The notes beneath the pieces were generated by a model. It was given only the letters and a program-made list of their open reading frames with translations. It had not been told where the DNA came from and did no database searches. A program made the translations under genes and the position numbers. Shown here piece by piece: positions 17,931 through 27,956 of a stretch of 64,000 nt of DNA; the first letter of the stretch is position 1; each line of letters begins with the position of its first letter. The stretch is from Candidatus Micrarchaeia archaeon (GTDB lineage: Archaea > Micrarchaeota > Micrarchaeia > Burarchaeales > Fermentimicrarchaeaceae): assembly GCA_038871515.1 (NCBI GenBank), contig JAVZHX010000001.1:256001-320000 (forward strand), given 5' to 3'.

Positions 17931-18686
17931 TTATTTCAGCTTCTCTATAAGCCCCTTCAGCTCGGTTGGAAGGAAAATCACTATTTTTTCAGATGGGTCT
18001 GCAGCTATCTCCGCAATCGTCTGCAGTGTTCTCAGATGCAACGCTCCCTCGCTCTTTGAAAGGTTTTCTGCTGCTTTCATAAGGTTCTTTGAGGCAGCCA
18101 GCTCTCCCTCTGACTTGATAACAGTTGCCCTCCTATCTCTCTCTGCCTCTGCCTGCTTTGCCATCGCCCTCTTCATTTCAGCAGGAAGCTCAATCTCCTG
18201 TATCTTTATTGCAGAAATATCCACTCCCCACTCAGAAGTTTCTGCATCAACAATCTTCTTTATGCTCTCCGCTATCTGCTCCCTCTGCGTGAGAACAACG
18301 TCAAGCTCGCTGTTACCAACAACATCTCTTAACGCAGCTTGCGTGTACTGGGAAACTGCAAAGTGGTAATCCTCTATTTTAATCACCGCATCCTCTGGCT
18401 TCTCAACCCTGAAGTAGACAACTGTGTTTGCCATTATTGGCACATTATCCTTCGTAATTATCTCCTGCTTCGGCACATCTGTTGTGGTTATTCTCATATC
18501 CACTATGCGTATTTCCTGTATTATTGGTATAATCACGGTTAAACCGGGCTCTCTGACTCCGCTGAACTTACCCAAAGTGAAAACAACCCCTCGCTGGTAC
18601 TCATATATCACTCTCACAGCGGTGATGAGAAACACCGCAACCAGGAATATGCCACCGCATATTATCCCAAACAAGTCTGCTGCCAT
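17931..18686 (-). CDS. Stomatin/SPFH (slipin) protein
   Basis: EYQRGVVFTLG, ITKDNV, AMAKQAEAER. Confidence 0.95.
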   Translation of the reverse strand: MAADLFGIICGGIFLVAVFLITAVRVIYEYQRGVVFTLGKFSGVREPGLTVIIPIIQEIRIVDMRITTTDVPKQEIITKDNVPIMANTVVYFRVEKPEDAVIKIEDYHFAVSQYTQAALRDVVGNSELDVVLTQREQIAESIKKIVDAETSEWGVDISAIKIQEIELPAEMKRAMAKQAEAERDRRATVIKSEGELAASKNLMKAAENLSKSEGALHLRTLQTIAEIAADPSEKIVIFLPTELKGLIEKLK

Positions 18687-18776
18687 GCTTCACAATAACG
18701 CAGTTCGTATATTAAAAAATATCGTTCAAAAGGAAAATAATGTATGTAAGATAAAGGAAATGCATTGGGTGATTGA

Positions 18777-19706
18777 GTGAATTTTAAAAGTATTATAAAA
18801 ACTTCATTAATACCATTCGGGGTGCTAATTGGTCTTTATCTTATAGATTCTTTTTTGGGGTTGATTATAAAAGATAAACAAGGTGCTTTAGTTGACTCCC
18901 TAGATTTTGTGAGTATGGTAATAGCCATAGGCATCTACCCAATTACGGGTTATATAGTAGTTAAGAAATTTAGGTTGGACATTGCGAGCGCAGCATTAGG
19001 TGTTGCGATAGGTGCGTTTCTGGGAATTTCAGTTAGCACCGTAATTCACCTTATCCTCACTCTTGGGTTGGGCATACCGGCAGTTGGCTTGAAACCATCT
19101 GCCTATGCACTATACCCCAATGCTGGAGTTAAGGAAATAACTGACTATGTCCTATTTGAAGCGCTGGACACGGCTTTTACAACAGTAGTCGGGGCGGTAT
19201 TGGCAGCGATAGGAGCGGCTGTTGCAAAGGCTCTGGGAGCTAGCACTTCAGAAAAAAGCTTCGTTTTTGGTGCTGCAATACTCCCAATTTGCGCATTGGT
19301 GGTTGTTTTCACAATAAAGGAACTCTTTAGCCTGCTTTTTCACAAATTCGCAATTCTGCTGTGTTTCGGAGAGATTGCGATGTGGTGGATAAACATTGTA
19401 GTTTATGTATGGACAGGTTATAACGCAGCCAAGAAATTTGGAGCGAATATTATTTCGGCAGCGTTTACTGGAACGGTGGTTGGTTTCATCGCAACTTCAA
19501 TTGACGGGATAATCCGTCTTGTGTTGATTTACGCCCTTCTGGTGATGATGGGGCCTTCGCCATTTGCGCAAGAGGTCGTTGGGATTACTGGAGAGATGAC
19601 GCTGTTCTTCTTTGTTGGGGTTTCGATAGCAGTGATTATAATGTCTGCAGTAGGAACCGTGCTTGCTGCCATAGGTGGAGTGCTAGGTGGCGCAATGAGA
19701 AAATAA
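18777..19706 (+). CDS. Polytopic membrane protein with internal two-fold repeat
   Basis: GYIVVKKF..SAALG vs GYNAAKKF..SAAFTG; AVLAAIGA vs TVLAAIGG. Confidence 0.7.
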   Translation: MNFKSIIKTSLIPFGVLIGLYLIDSFLGLIIKDKQGALVDSLDFVSMVIAIGIYPITGYIVVKKFRLDIASAALGVAIGAFLGISVSTVIHLILTLGLGIPAVGLKPSAYALYPNAGVKEITDYVLFEALDTAFTTVVGAVLAAIGAAVAKALGASTSEKSFVFGAAILPICALVVVFTIKELFSLLFHKFAILLCFGEIAMWWINIVVYVWTGYNAAKKFGANIISAAFTGTVVGFIATSIDGIIRLVLIYALLVMMGPSPFAQEVVGITGEMTLFFFVGVSIAVIIMSAVGTVLAAIGGVLGGAMRK

Positions 19707-19748
19707 TGTGTTCAAAAGTCGTTTTAAAGAAACAAATTAATACTCCGG

Positions 19749-20324
19749 ATGAGTTTTACTTGTATGGGATATGAGGAAACAGAGTGGCAGCCACCCCTCA
19801 GCGTCCTTCTTAAGGACCCTTCTGGCTTGCTGCAAGCTCTGATTGGTGTGGCAGTTGTTATCATGTTACTGGACACTGCATTTCCAAGCGATGTTTGGCG
19901 GGGGTACATGTGGTGGCTCCTTCCACCCCTTATATTACTTTTTGTTTTCTGTCTTCTGAGGCAGTATTTGTTTAGGGGAATTGGAAGTCCAATTGGCGCT
20001 TGGATTTTGGAGAATATCAGATGCCCAGCGTGCAATGGAAAGTTGGGAAGCTATGTGCTTGGTGAACCAGCATACATGTCTTCTAGACAGTCCGGTACTA
20101 GATACACGGCACAATGCGGAAACTGCAAGAAGAAATTTGTATTTGGCTGGACGTTGATTGCACCAAATATTTATCTAATTGGAGAGGTTGACGAGAAAAT
20201 GGAGAGGGAGTATGTTGAGGAGATGAAGAAGGCAAGAAATGTTGGGTTGATTATTATACTGATATTTCTCGGGCTGATTATAATTGCATTCGTGTATTTT
20301 GTTCTAAGATACTTGATTACTTGA
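19749..20324 (+). CDS. Membrane zinc-ribbon protein, paralogue of 13454..13942
   Basis: WILENIRCPACNGKL...QCGNCKKKF flanked by TM helices. Confidence 0.7.
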   Translation: MSFTCMGYEETEWQPPLSVLLKDPSGLLQALIGVAVVIMLLDTAFPSDVWRGYMWWLLPPLILLFVFCLLRQYLFRGIGSPIGAWILENIRCPACNGKLGSYVLGEPAYMSSRQSGTRYTAQCGNCKKKFVFGWTLIAPNIYLIGEVDEKMEREYVEEMKKARNVGLIIILIFLGLIIIAFVYFVLRYLIT

Positions 20325-20330
20325 TAAGGA

Positions 20331-20404
20331 CGCCCCCACTGGGATTCGAACCCAGGACTCCGGCTCCGCAAGCCAGCATTTTATCCAGGCTAGACTATGG
20401 GGGC
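20331..20404 (-). tRNA. tRNA-Arg(GCG)
   Basis: GCCCCCA...TGGGGGC-G; anticodon arm CTGGC-TTGCGGA-GCCGG. Confidence 0.92.
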
Positions 20405-20457
20405 TTGAAAATGGGTTATTTATACTTTACCCCATAAAACAATTAAAAGTGATGCAT

Positions 20458-20613
20458 ATGATGAAAATTTGCAGTTCGTGCGGCAAGCAAACCCGAGTGT
20501 ATGCCGAGTTTCCCTGCCCGCACTGCGGAGAAGGGATAATAGTGAGGTGCCCCCACTGCAGGGAAGTGAGCAACACATATAGATGCGATAAGTGCGGCAA
20601 GGAAGGGCCGTAG
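20458..20613 (+). CDS. Small zinc-finger protein (DUF1610-type)
   Basis: Hand translation MMKICSSCGK...FPCPHCGE..IVRCPHCRE..NTYRCDKCGKEGP; typical position upstream of aEF-1beta. Confidence 0.9.
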   Translation: MMKICSSCGKQTRVYAEFPCPHCGEGIIVRCPHCREVSNTYRCDKCGKEGP

Positions 20614-20621
20614 GTGATTGG

Positions 20622-20867
20622 ATGGGAGAGGTTGCAGTTGTTGCAAAAGTATTTCCGGATTCTATGGAAGTTTTTGATGAGCTGAAAGAGAATATAAAGA
20701 AAAAAGTAAACCCATACAAACTTGAGGAGGAGGAAATTGCTTTCGGAATGAAAGCGCTGAGAGTAACTGTTATTGTTAAGGATGCTGGCGGAGAAGACGT
20801 TGAGGAAAAGCTGAAAAGTTTAAAAGGAGTCAGCGAGGTTCAAATTGAGGAAGTTGGAAGAATCTAG
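20622..20867 (+). CDS. ef1b: Elongation factor 1-beta
   Basis: MGEVAVVAKVFP, EEIAFGMKAL. Confidence 0.95.
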   Translation: MGEVAVVAKVFPDSMEVFDELKENIKKKVNPYKLEEEEIAFGMKALRVTVIVKDAGGEDVEEKLKSLKGVSEVQIEEVGRI

Positions 20868-21334
20868 CGCTTCACCATCTCCCTTATAACTTCCAATTTT
20901 CTGTTTATTTTCTCCCAGTGAGAGCCCTCCCAAAAAACCTTCTTGCACTCCCTGCACATCCAGAAAACCTCATGCTTTGCAACTATCTCCTCAGGAACTG
21001 TTTTTTTAACCTCCTTCCTTCCAACCTGTTTTAGCGTTCCATTGCACAGAGGGCAGAAAACAGTTGATGGTGCGTTTGACAAATTTATTTTGAACCTTCT
21101 GACAAGAAGCGCAAGCTGCTCATCTGTTTCCCTTCGTGGCATGAGAAAAACTCTCACCCCCTGCTTCCTTGCTCGCTTGCACAAATCAGAATCCATTGTA
21201 AGCAGAATTTTGTTTTTTTCCTTTGCAAACTCAATTATTTTATCATCATCAACAGAAGGAGGGTAAAGAACCTCCACTCCAAGCAATCTTAACCACCTTG
21301 CAAGCTTCTTCAGCATCACATCCGCAACGAACAT
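20864..21334 (-). CDS. Mut7-C RNase-domain (PIN + Zn ribbon) protein
   Basis: FVADVMLKKLARWLRLLG, CPLCNG, CRECKKVFWEGSHW. Confidence 0.93.
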   Translation of the reverse strand: MFVADVMLKKLARWLRLLGVEVLYPPSVDDDKIIEFAKEKNKILLTMDSDLCKRARKQGVRVFLMPRRETDEQLALLVRRFKINLSNAPSTVFCPLCNGTLKQVGRKEVKKTVPEEIVAKHEVFWMCRECKKVFWEGSHWEKINRKLEVIREMVKR

Positions 21335-21369
21335 ACATTCTTTTTAGTGTTAGTATTAAAAATAAATAC

Positions 21370-23637
21370 ATGATAGAAAAGCTCTGGCTGCGCAACTGGA
21401 AGTCGCACCAGGAAAGCTATTTTGAGTTTGGAAAGGGCACCAACCTGCTTGTTGGGCCGATGGGAAGCGGGAAAAGCACAGTGCTTGACGCTTTATGCTT
21501 TGCGCTTTTTGGAAGCTTCCCTGCTTTACAGCACAAGAGAGTTAAATTATCTGAAATTATAATGAGCAGGCCTGTTAAGGAGAAGGAAGCAGAGGTGAAG
21601 GTGGAGCTTGTTTGGGATGGGGTGAGGTATAGAATTGAGAGGAAAATCAGCTTGGATGGAAAAACAGAAGCAAGGATAAGCAGGGATGGAAAGCTTATTC
21701 AGGGACCACAGCCACAGAGGGTGAATGAGGAAGTTGAAAGGCTGCTTGGAGTTGACTATGATGTTTTCACAAGAGTTGTTTACTCAGAGCAGAACAGAAT
21801 AGATTACTTTTTAACTTTGGGAAAAGGAGATAGAAAAACTCAAATTGATGAGCTTCTTGGGATAAGCAAGTTTGAAAACATGAGAACCAACCTCAGCACA
21901 ATGCTCAACAAACTGAGAGATATGAAAGAGAGCAGAAGCGAGCTTCTGAAAAATATGGATATTGAGAGAATAAAGAAGGAAGAAGCAGATGCGGAGGAGG
22001 AAGCTGAGAAAATGAAAAGAGAGCTGAGTGAACTGGAAAGCAGGGAGAGGGAGCTTGAAAAAACAAAAGAGGAGGCGGAGAAGGAGCTTGAAAAATTTGA
22101 GGAGCTGGAGAGGGAGCACACGGCTCTCAGTGAAAAAAGAAGTGGGTTGACAAGAACAATTAGTGAGCTTGAGAGAGATGTTGAGAGGAAAACTGAGCTA
22201 CTCAAAACAGAGAAAATTGAATTTGAAGAGAAGGAGTTAAGGAATTTGGAGAGGTTGTTGGAGGAGAAGAGGAAGGTTGTTGCGCGTTACACAAAGGAGA
22301 TTGGTTCGTTGAGCGAAAGATTGAAAGTTGTTGAGGAGGAGGTTGAGGAGAGAAAGGAACTGGAGGAAAAATTGAGCAAAGAGAGAAGAGAGGGAGTTGA
22401 AAAGAAAAAAGAGAGTATTGAGAGGGAGTTGAGCGAAGTTAAGGGAAGTTTGAATTTTTCAAAGAGAAGAATTTCTGAGCTTGATGAAGTTATTGGTGAG
22501 TTAAGCAAAAAGTTAACCAAATGCCCTGTTTGTGAAACTCTTTTGAGTGAGGAGAGAAGAGTGGAGCTGCTGAGGAGAAGGGAGAAGGAGAGGGAGGAGG
22601 AGTTATCAAAAATATCTGAGCTGGAAGCGAAAATTCAGGAGGGAAGCAAGGAGCTTGAAGAAGTTGCAAAGAAGTTGAAAATGTTAATTGAAGTTGAGGA
22701 GAGGTTGGGCAAGCTTAGGGATGAGAGGGAGCTTGAGAAACTGAAAGTTGTTTTGAGGGAGAGCGAGGAGAAGTTAAGAAAAGAGGAGGACGAGTTAAAG
22801 GAGCTTGAGAGAAAGGAGAAGATGATGAGAACGGCAAGCGAGGTAAATGATACAAAAAGGCGGATAAATGAATTGAAGAAGGAAGTTGAGGAAATTGAGG
22901 ATAAAATTGAGAAGCTTGGGTTTGACAGAAAAGCTATGGAGGAGAGAAGGGAAATTGTTAAGAAGCTCAGCGTGGAGCACAGCAGAATTGCTGAGAGAGT
23001 TGAGGGAGTGAGGAAGGAGTTGAAGAGAGTTGAGGAAATGGTGAAAGTGAAAAAGGAGGAGAGGGAGAGGTATGAGAAGCTTGAGATGGAAGTGAAGAAG
23101 TACGATGAAATTTATGGTAAGCTAGTTGTTTTTCAGAATGCAGTTCAAGAAACTCAGAAGGAGCTGAGGGAGGAGCTTGTTGAGGCAATAAACTCAGTTA
23201 TGGGAAGCATATGGAGCATAATCTACCCATACGGTGATTATAAAGGAGTAAGACTGAGCATAGAAGAAAACGACTATGAGTTGCAGCTTAACGCAGATGG
23301 GGTTTGGGTGAGCGTTGACGGAGTTGCAAGCGGTGGTGAGAGGACAAGCGCAACCATTGCGATGAGAATTGCGTTTGCGATGGTGCTTGTTCCAAATTTG
23401 GGATGGCTGATACTTGATGAGCCAACGCATAATTTAGATGAGGAGGGGAGAAAAGCGCTTGGGGCAGTTTTAAGCGAGCATGCGCCGAAAATAGTTGGGC
23501 AGATTTTTGTTATAACTCATGATGAGGGTTTGAAGGATGCGATGAGCGGAAGGGTATACCGCCTGTGGAGGGATAAGGAGAGAAGTGGGCCTACCCAAAT
23601 TGAGGAGGTAAATATTTTAAATACCACGCAACAATAA
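21370..23637 (+). CDS. rad50: Rad50-type SMC ATPase
   Basis: GPMGSGKS Walker A, coiled coil with CPVC zinc hook, ASGGE signature, LDEPT, ITHD. Confidence 0.92.
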   Translation: MIEKLWLRNWKSHQESYFEFGKGTNLLVGPMGSGKSTVLDALCFALFGSFPALQHKRVKLSEIIMSRPVKEKEAEVKVELVWDGVRYRIERKISLDGKTEARISRDGKLIQGPQPQRVNEEVERLLGVDYDVFTRVVYSEQNRIDYFLTLGKGDRKTQIDELLGISKFENMRTNLSTMLNKLRDMKESRSELLKNMDIERIKKEEADAEEEAEKMKRELSELESRERELEKTKEEAEKELEKFEELEREHTALSEKRSGLTRTISELERDVERKTELLKTEKIEFEEKELRNLERLLEEKRKVVARYTKEIGSLSERLKVVEEEVEERKELEEKLSKERREGVEKKKESIERELSEVKGSLNFSKRRISELDEVIGELSKKLTKCPVCETLLSEERRVELLRRREKEREEELSKISELEAKIQEGSKELEEVAKKLKMLIEVEERLGKLRDERELEKLKVVLRESEEKLRKEEDELKELERKEKMMRTASEVNDTKRRINELKKEVEEIEDKIEKLGFDRKAMEERREIVKKLSVEHSRIAERVEGVRKELKRVEEMVKVKKEERERYEKLEMEVKKYDEIYGKLVVFQNAVQETQKELREELVEAINSVMGSIWSIIYPYGDYKGVRLSIEENDYELQLNADGVWVSVDGVASGGERTSATIAMRIAFAMVLVPNLGWLILDEPTHNLDEEGRKALGAVLSEHAPKIVGQIFVITHDEGLKDAMSGRVYRLWRDKERSGPTQIEEVNILNTTQQ

Positions 23638-23664
23638 CTTTTCATTAAAAAATGGTGGGGAAGA

Positions 23665-23961
23665 ATGGAGGAAGAAAAGCAGTTGGAGCTTCTGAAAAAC
23701 TCGGGAATTCTGTCTGAATTCGTGCAGAGCACTGGTGGGAACTGGAAGCATGAGGATTGGGAGAAGCTACTTGAGAGAGTGAGAGGGGAGAATATAACCC
23801 TCCCGCCGGAAGTGATTGGAACGCTGCTGGAAGCTGAGAGAGTTGCGTATATGGAGAAGTTAAGCAAGAGTGAGGGTGAAACTGCGGTGAATTTTGAGAA
23901 ACTGACACTCAGAAAAAGAAGGAGGTATTTTGAGGAGGAAATTAAGAGGAGGATGAGGTGA
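23665..23961 (+). CDS. Hypothetical protein
   Basis: Host-like codon use, upstream SD, coupled to the next gene. Confidence 0.65.
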   Translation: MEEEKQLELLKNSGILSEFVQSTGGNWKHEDWEKLLERVRGENITLPPEVIGTLLEAERVAYMEKLSKSEGETAVNFEKLTLRKRRRYFEEEIKRRMR

Positions 23962-23965
23962 GGGA

Positions 23966-24700
23966 GTGATTATAACTGTTGCTTCTGGAAAGGGAGGAGT
24001 TGGGAAGAGCAATTTGGTTGCAAACCTGGGTTTGTGCCTTGCTGACTTTGGAGTGGATACGCTTATTTTTGACGGCAATCTAACCAACGGAGATTTATCA
24101 TGCATCCTCGGCCCTCCGTTCCCAGAGAGAACAATACAGGATGTTTTTTCAGATGGGATTAACTTCAACGATGTTATTTTCACCCACCCTGCAGGAGTTA
24201 AAATGATTGCATCAAGCCTTTCGCTGGATGACATTGAAGCAGTCTCACCGCAGAACTTATGGAGGATACGCACCCAGCTGAGCAGGTCTGCGGACATTGT
24301 GCTTGTTGATGCGCCAGGAACGCTTGGAGGAAACACGCTTGAAGCGCTCAGAATAGCTGACAGAGTTATACTTATAACAACTCCTGAAATTACCTCTTTT
24401 TCAAACACGCTGAAAACAAAAATGGTTGCTGAGAGGAATGGAATAGAGATTTTTGGAACAGTGCTGAACAAAGTGAGGAAAAATGAGAAGGGAGTGAGAA
24501 GGCTTGCGAAGGAGTGGCTTGGAACGACTTTGCTGTGCAGCCTTCCTTATGACAACAATGTGATAAAATCATCTGAATACGGAAGGCCGGTTCTAAGACA
24601 CAAGCCAAGAAGCCCGTACAGCATTGGGATAAGGAAGTTTGGAGCGAAGCTTGCAAACGTAACCTACAAACCAGGCAGAAAATCAAGGAAGCGCCGCTAG
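23966..24700 (+). CDS. MinD/ParA-family ATPase
   Basis: SGKGGVGKS, LVDAPG, ITTPEITS. Confidence 0.9.
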   Translation: MIITVASGKGGVGKSNLVANLGLCLADFGVDTLIFDGNLTNGDLSCILGPPFPERTIQDVFSDGINFNDVIFTHPAGVKMIASSLSLDDIEAVSPQNLWRIRTQLSRSADIVLVDAPGTLGGNTLEALRIADRVILITTPEITSFSNTLKTKMVAERNGIEIFGTVLNKVRKNEKGVRRLAKEWLGTTLLCSLPYDNNVIKSSEYGRPVLRHKPRSPYSIGIRKFGAKLANVTYKPGRKSRKRR

Positions 24701-25603
24701 CTCGCTTGCTGCTTTTTCTGGCGGAAAAGTGTTGATTATTATATCGCTCCCTAGCTCAAAACCCGCAAGCTTTGCCAAACGAGGGCATATCTCAATATGA
24801 AAGTGATAATCCTGCAAGTGGGAGAGGTGCAGGTAATAATTATACGGTGGGTTGTTGAGCAACCTGTGAAGCTTGCTCAAAACTCTTTTCAATGCGTCTG
24901 CCATTGAATTTTTTTCCTCATCACTCAGCTCCGTTATGTTTTTCACGTGCTTCTTTGGGATAAGCCAAACTTCAAATGGAAAACGAGAGGCAAAAGGTGC
25001 AAAGCAGACAAAGTGGCTGTTTTCAAAAACCTTTCTTTCAGATTCAAGCTCCATTGCAATCACATCGCAGAAAATACACCTCTTATACTTTTCGTAATAC
25101 TCCTTATACGCCTTCATCTCCTCCTCAACCAAAGAAGGTATTCTCGGAAGAGCAATTATCTGGCTGTGCTCATGAACAAGCGAGGTTCCTGCTTCCTCCC
25201 CATGATTCTTGAAAACCAGCACATATTCTATTCCTTTTATTTTTCTTATTTCATCAACGCGCATGCAATACATATCAATAACCTTTCTTATTCCCTCAGC
25301 TGGAAGCTCGTGAAGATTTAGTTTGTGCTGGTTTGTTTCCACAACAACCTCATGCTTACCAAATGCTTTTGGAAAGTTTGTTGAGGTTGCTGGGTACATA
25401 TTTTCAAAGCACCTCACCTCCCATTCCTTTTCGCCAATTCTTGCTATCTCCGGGGGAGTGAGCTTCTCATTCCCAGGGCAGAAAGGGCATGTTCCCTCCT
25501 TCAGAGGAGGAGCTGCTTTCGCGTATTCATGCGGTCTCCTGCTTCTGTTCTCTGCAATTATCACCCATCTATCCAGAATGCAATCCTTTCTTAATTCATT
25601 CAT
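24683..25603 (-). CDS. galT: Galactose-1-phosphate uridylyltransferase
   Basis: WVIIAENRSRRP, CPFCPGNE, FKNHG..AGTSLVHEHSQ. Confidence 0.95.
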   Translation of the reverse strand: MNELRKDCILDRWVIIAENRSRRPHEYAKAAPPLKEGTCPFCPGNEKLTPPEIARIGEKEWEVRCFENMYPATSTNFPKAFGKHEVVVETNQHKLNLHELPAEGIRKVIDMYCMRVDEIRKIKGIEYVLVFKNHGEEAGTSLVHEHSQIIALPRIPSLVEEEMKAYKEYYEKYKRCIFCDVIAMELESERKVFENSHFVCFAPFASRFPFEVWLIPKKHVKNITELSDEEKNSMADALKRVLSKLHRLLNNPPYNYYLHLSHLQDYHFHIEICPRLAKLAGFELGSDIIINTFPPEKAASELAALP

Positions 25604-25610
25604 AAAATCA

Positions 25611-27116
25611 CTATAAGAATGCTTCAACCTCATTTTTCTTTTTTTCACCCAACTCCTCAAACCTCCTTGCTAAAACATCTATCTGCTCCCCTTTTAATGA
25701 TTTTTTTGATTTTCTCTTCCTTATTTTAACAAACACTGGGAAGTTAAGCGCTTCCCCAACAATAAGCGCTTCCCCAACTCTCAGCGTTGTTATGTTTTTC
25801 AGCATGGACTCATCAAGCGCCTCGCATCCCTCTCCAATATGTTTAATATCATTTGGGTTGGTTACCCTCATTATTATATGCGTGTTTGCCTGGGCAAGCG
25901 CAGTTGTGCTCAGCTGAACAGGCCTCTGGCTTATCAACCCAATGGATGCGCCGAACTTTCTCCCCTCCCTTGCTATTTTTTCTATTATACTTTTTGAAAT
26001 CATATCCTCCTTTGACGCTTTCTCCTTCGCAAAGTTATGGGATTCCTCAACAAGCAGCACAAACGGGGGGATGCGTTCTTTTTTTCTTGCAGCAAAAAGC
26101 TTCCTCGCAAAGTATGCGACGATGAACTGCTTCTTCCTTAGTTCATTTATCTCGCTTAAATCTATCACTGAAAGCTTCCCTGGCTGAGCAAGCTCGTGCA
26201 CGCTTGGCGAGTCATTCCTCCCAAACAACCTCATTGATTTTAAAGAGTAGAGAGTTGCAGCAAGCGATGCTTTTGTTGTTTCCTTTGTATCGCTCTCCTG
26301 AACTCTTTGAATTACATCATCCAAGTCAAAAAGCTCTCCCTTGGTTTTCTTTTCCTGCTTAAGCTCAATCAAAATATTTTCAATATCCCTTTTCTGCGCA
26401 GAGCTGAGCTGCGGAAGGAACTCCCTCAGCATCTGCGGGGAAATCCTGCTCACTCCTATGCGCACCTTTCTTCCATCAAAAACATTTGTTTTGCTTGCAT
26501 ACTCCGGAGTGCTTTTGAAACCTCCATATTCTCCGTGGACGTCAACAATTATCACGGCAACCCTCCCCTGCTCAGGAGTTCTGTCAAGCAGCTCCTCAAT
26601 TATCACGCTTGCCAGGTATGACTTTCCAGCCCCGCTCATCGCAAGTATTGCAAAATGCTTCTGAAGCAACCTGTTCAAATTCAGTTTCACATCAATTTTG
26701 TGATGCTCAACTTCACCAATAAACAAACCTGCTGGGTCAAACCCAAGTATCCTTGTGAGTATATTCTCGTCTGCCAAGCTGACCTTGCTTCCAGGGGCGG
26801 GAGGGAATGCGTTGCGGAAAAGGTTTTCCTCCCTGTACGTGCCAAGAATTCTCACATCCGCAACTGTGTATTCCCACTCTGTTGTTGGGAAGTTCTTCAA
26901 GAGAGGCTCCCCTCCCCTTTCGTACTCGGCCACGCTCTCTGCCCTCTCAAAGTATCTATTCGCCCTTGTTATATCTGTTACAAAGCCAATGAGCAACCCA
27001 TCCTCTGCTTCAATCTGCACATAGTGCCCTTTCCTAACTTTGCTGTTGTTAACAACAAATGAGAACTCGGTTGTTGAAGGACCATCAAACGTTGTTATCA
27101 CAGTTCCAAGTTCCAT
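25611..27116 (-). CDS. herA: HerA-family helicase/ATPase
   Basis: HAS barrel, AMSGAGKS, DVHGEY, EESHNF, AREGRKFG, SQRP. Confidence 0.9.
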   Translation of the reverse strand: MELGTVITTFDGPSTTEFSFVVNNSKVRKGHYVQIEAEDGLLIGFVTDITRANRYFERAESVAEYERGGEPLLKNFPTTEWEYTVADVRILGTYREENLFRNAFPPAPGSKVSLADENILTRILGFDPAGLFIGEVEHHKIDVKLNLNRLLQKHFAILAMSGAGKSYLASVIIEELLDRTPEQGRVAVIIVDVHGEYGGFKSTPEYASKTNVFDGRKVRIGVSRISPQMLREFLPQLSSAQKRDIENILIELKQEKKTKGELFDLDDVIQRVQESDTKETTKASLAATLYSLKSMRLFGRNDSPSVHELAQPGKLSVIDLSEINELRKKQFIVAYFARKLFAARKKERIPPFVLLVEESHNFAKEKASKEDMISKSIIEKIAREGRKFGASIGLISQRPVQLSTTALAQANTHIIMRVTNPNDIKHIGEGCEALDESMLKNITTLRVGEALIVGEALNFPVFVKIRKRKSKKSLKGEQIDVLARRFEELGEKKKNEVEAFL

Positions 27117-27148
27117 AAACTCACTTATTCTCCTCTGTATTTAAATTA

Positions 27149-27952
27149 CTATAGAGAGGGTAACTTTCCAGTGATTAGGAAAATTAAAAGAACTGCAGAG
27201 ATGATTGTTAAGAGAATGTGAATGAGGAATGAAATTGAGAAGGAGAGAACTGCGATTAATGGGTTGAAAGAGTGAATTTCCTTTATTGTTACGAGAGTTA
27301 GGAAAATTCCGTATAATGAAATTATCACAAACCCAATCAGGGAGAGGATGAAACCGAAGTATGGAATTGTTATAAGTATAGCTGCAAATATGTAGAATGG
27401 AGCAAGCGCCAATGCAACATATGAGAGCAGGCATGCCTGCTCAACAAACGTTCCTTTTCCACCAAGCATTTTCGCTGGCAGGTATAGAATTGCTGATGAA
27501 ACTAACCACGATATAACTGCAATCCCAAACCCATAGATTGTTGTTATGAGCAAGCTGAATAGAGTTGATGGTTGCAACATAACTTCAGGAAGTCTCAACA
27601 GAAAGAGAACTGCAAGCATCACAAGGATTCGGAACGCAGTTGCAATTAAATACAGCAGAGAAACATTCATAAATCCTCTCAGAAGCGAGGAATGGTATTT
27701 GAGTTTTTTTACAGCACGCAGCGGTTCAATGTATAGCGAAATTACTGCGTCAGTTATTTTTGGCGCGCTTTCCTCTTTGTAAAACTCCTCGGCGCTTCTG
27801 TCAAACGACATAACTTCTTTAGGTGATGTGAGAAGGTTCCCACAAACAGGGCATTTTCCATTCAAGGAGAGCACACAGCCACCGCAGTAGTATAATTTGC
27901 ACCTCTCGCAAACTCCAACCGCATCCTTATCTGGATGATTTGAGCATTTTAT
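27149..27952 (-). CDS. YIP1-family membrane protein with N-terminal B-box-like zinc finger (apparent ATA start)
   Basis: In-frame upstream extension IKCSNHPDKDAVGVCERCKLYYCGGC; AKMLGGKGTF YIP1 motif. Confidence 0.78.
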   Translation of the reverse strand: MKCSNHPDKDAVGVCERCKLYYCGGCVLSLNGKCPVCGNLLTSPKEVMSFDRSAEEFYKEESAPKITDAVISLYIEPLRAVKKLKYHSSLLRGFMNVSLLYLIATAFRILVMLAVLFLLRLPEVMLQPSTLFSLLITTIYGFGIAVISWLVSSAILYLPAKMLGGKGTFVEQACLLSYVALALAPFYIFAAILITIPYFGFILSLIGFVIISLYGIFLTLVTIKEIHSFNPLIAVLSFSISFLIHILLTIISAVLLIFLITGKLPSL

Positions 27953-27956
27953 AATA

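Noticed and set aside
18777..20404. Integrated element at tRNA-Arg
   Set aside because: No integrase and no duplicated tRNA 3' end found
21811..23430. Ser/Leu/Phe-rich minus-strand ORFs and apparent repeats
   Set aside because: Antisense shadows of the E/K-rich Rad50 coiled coil
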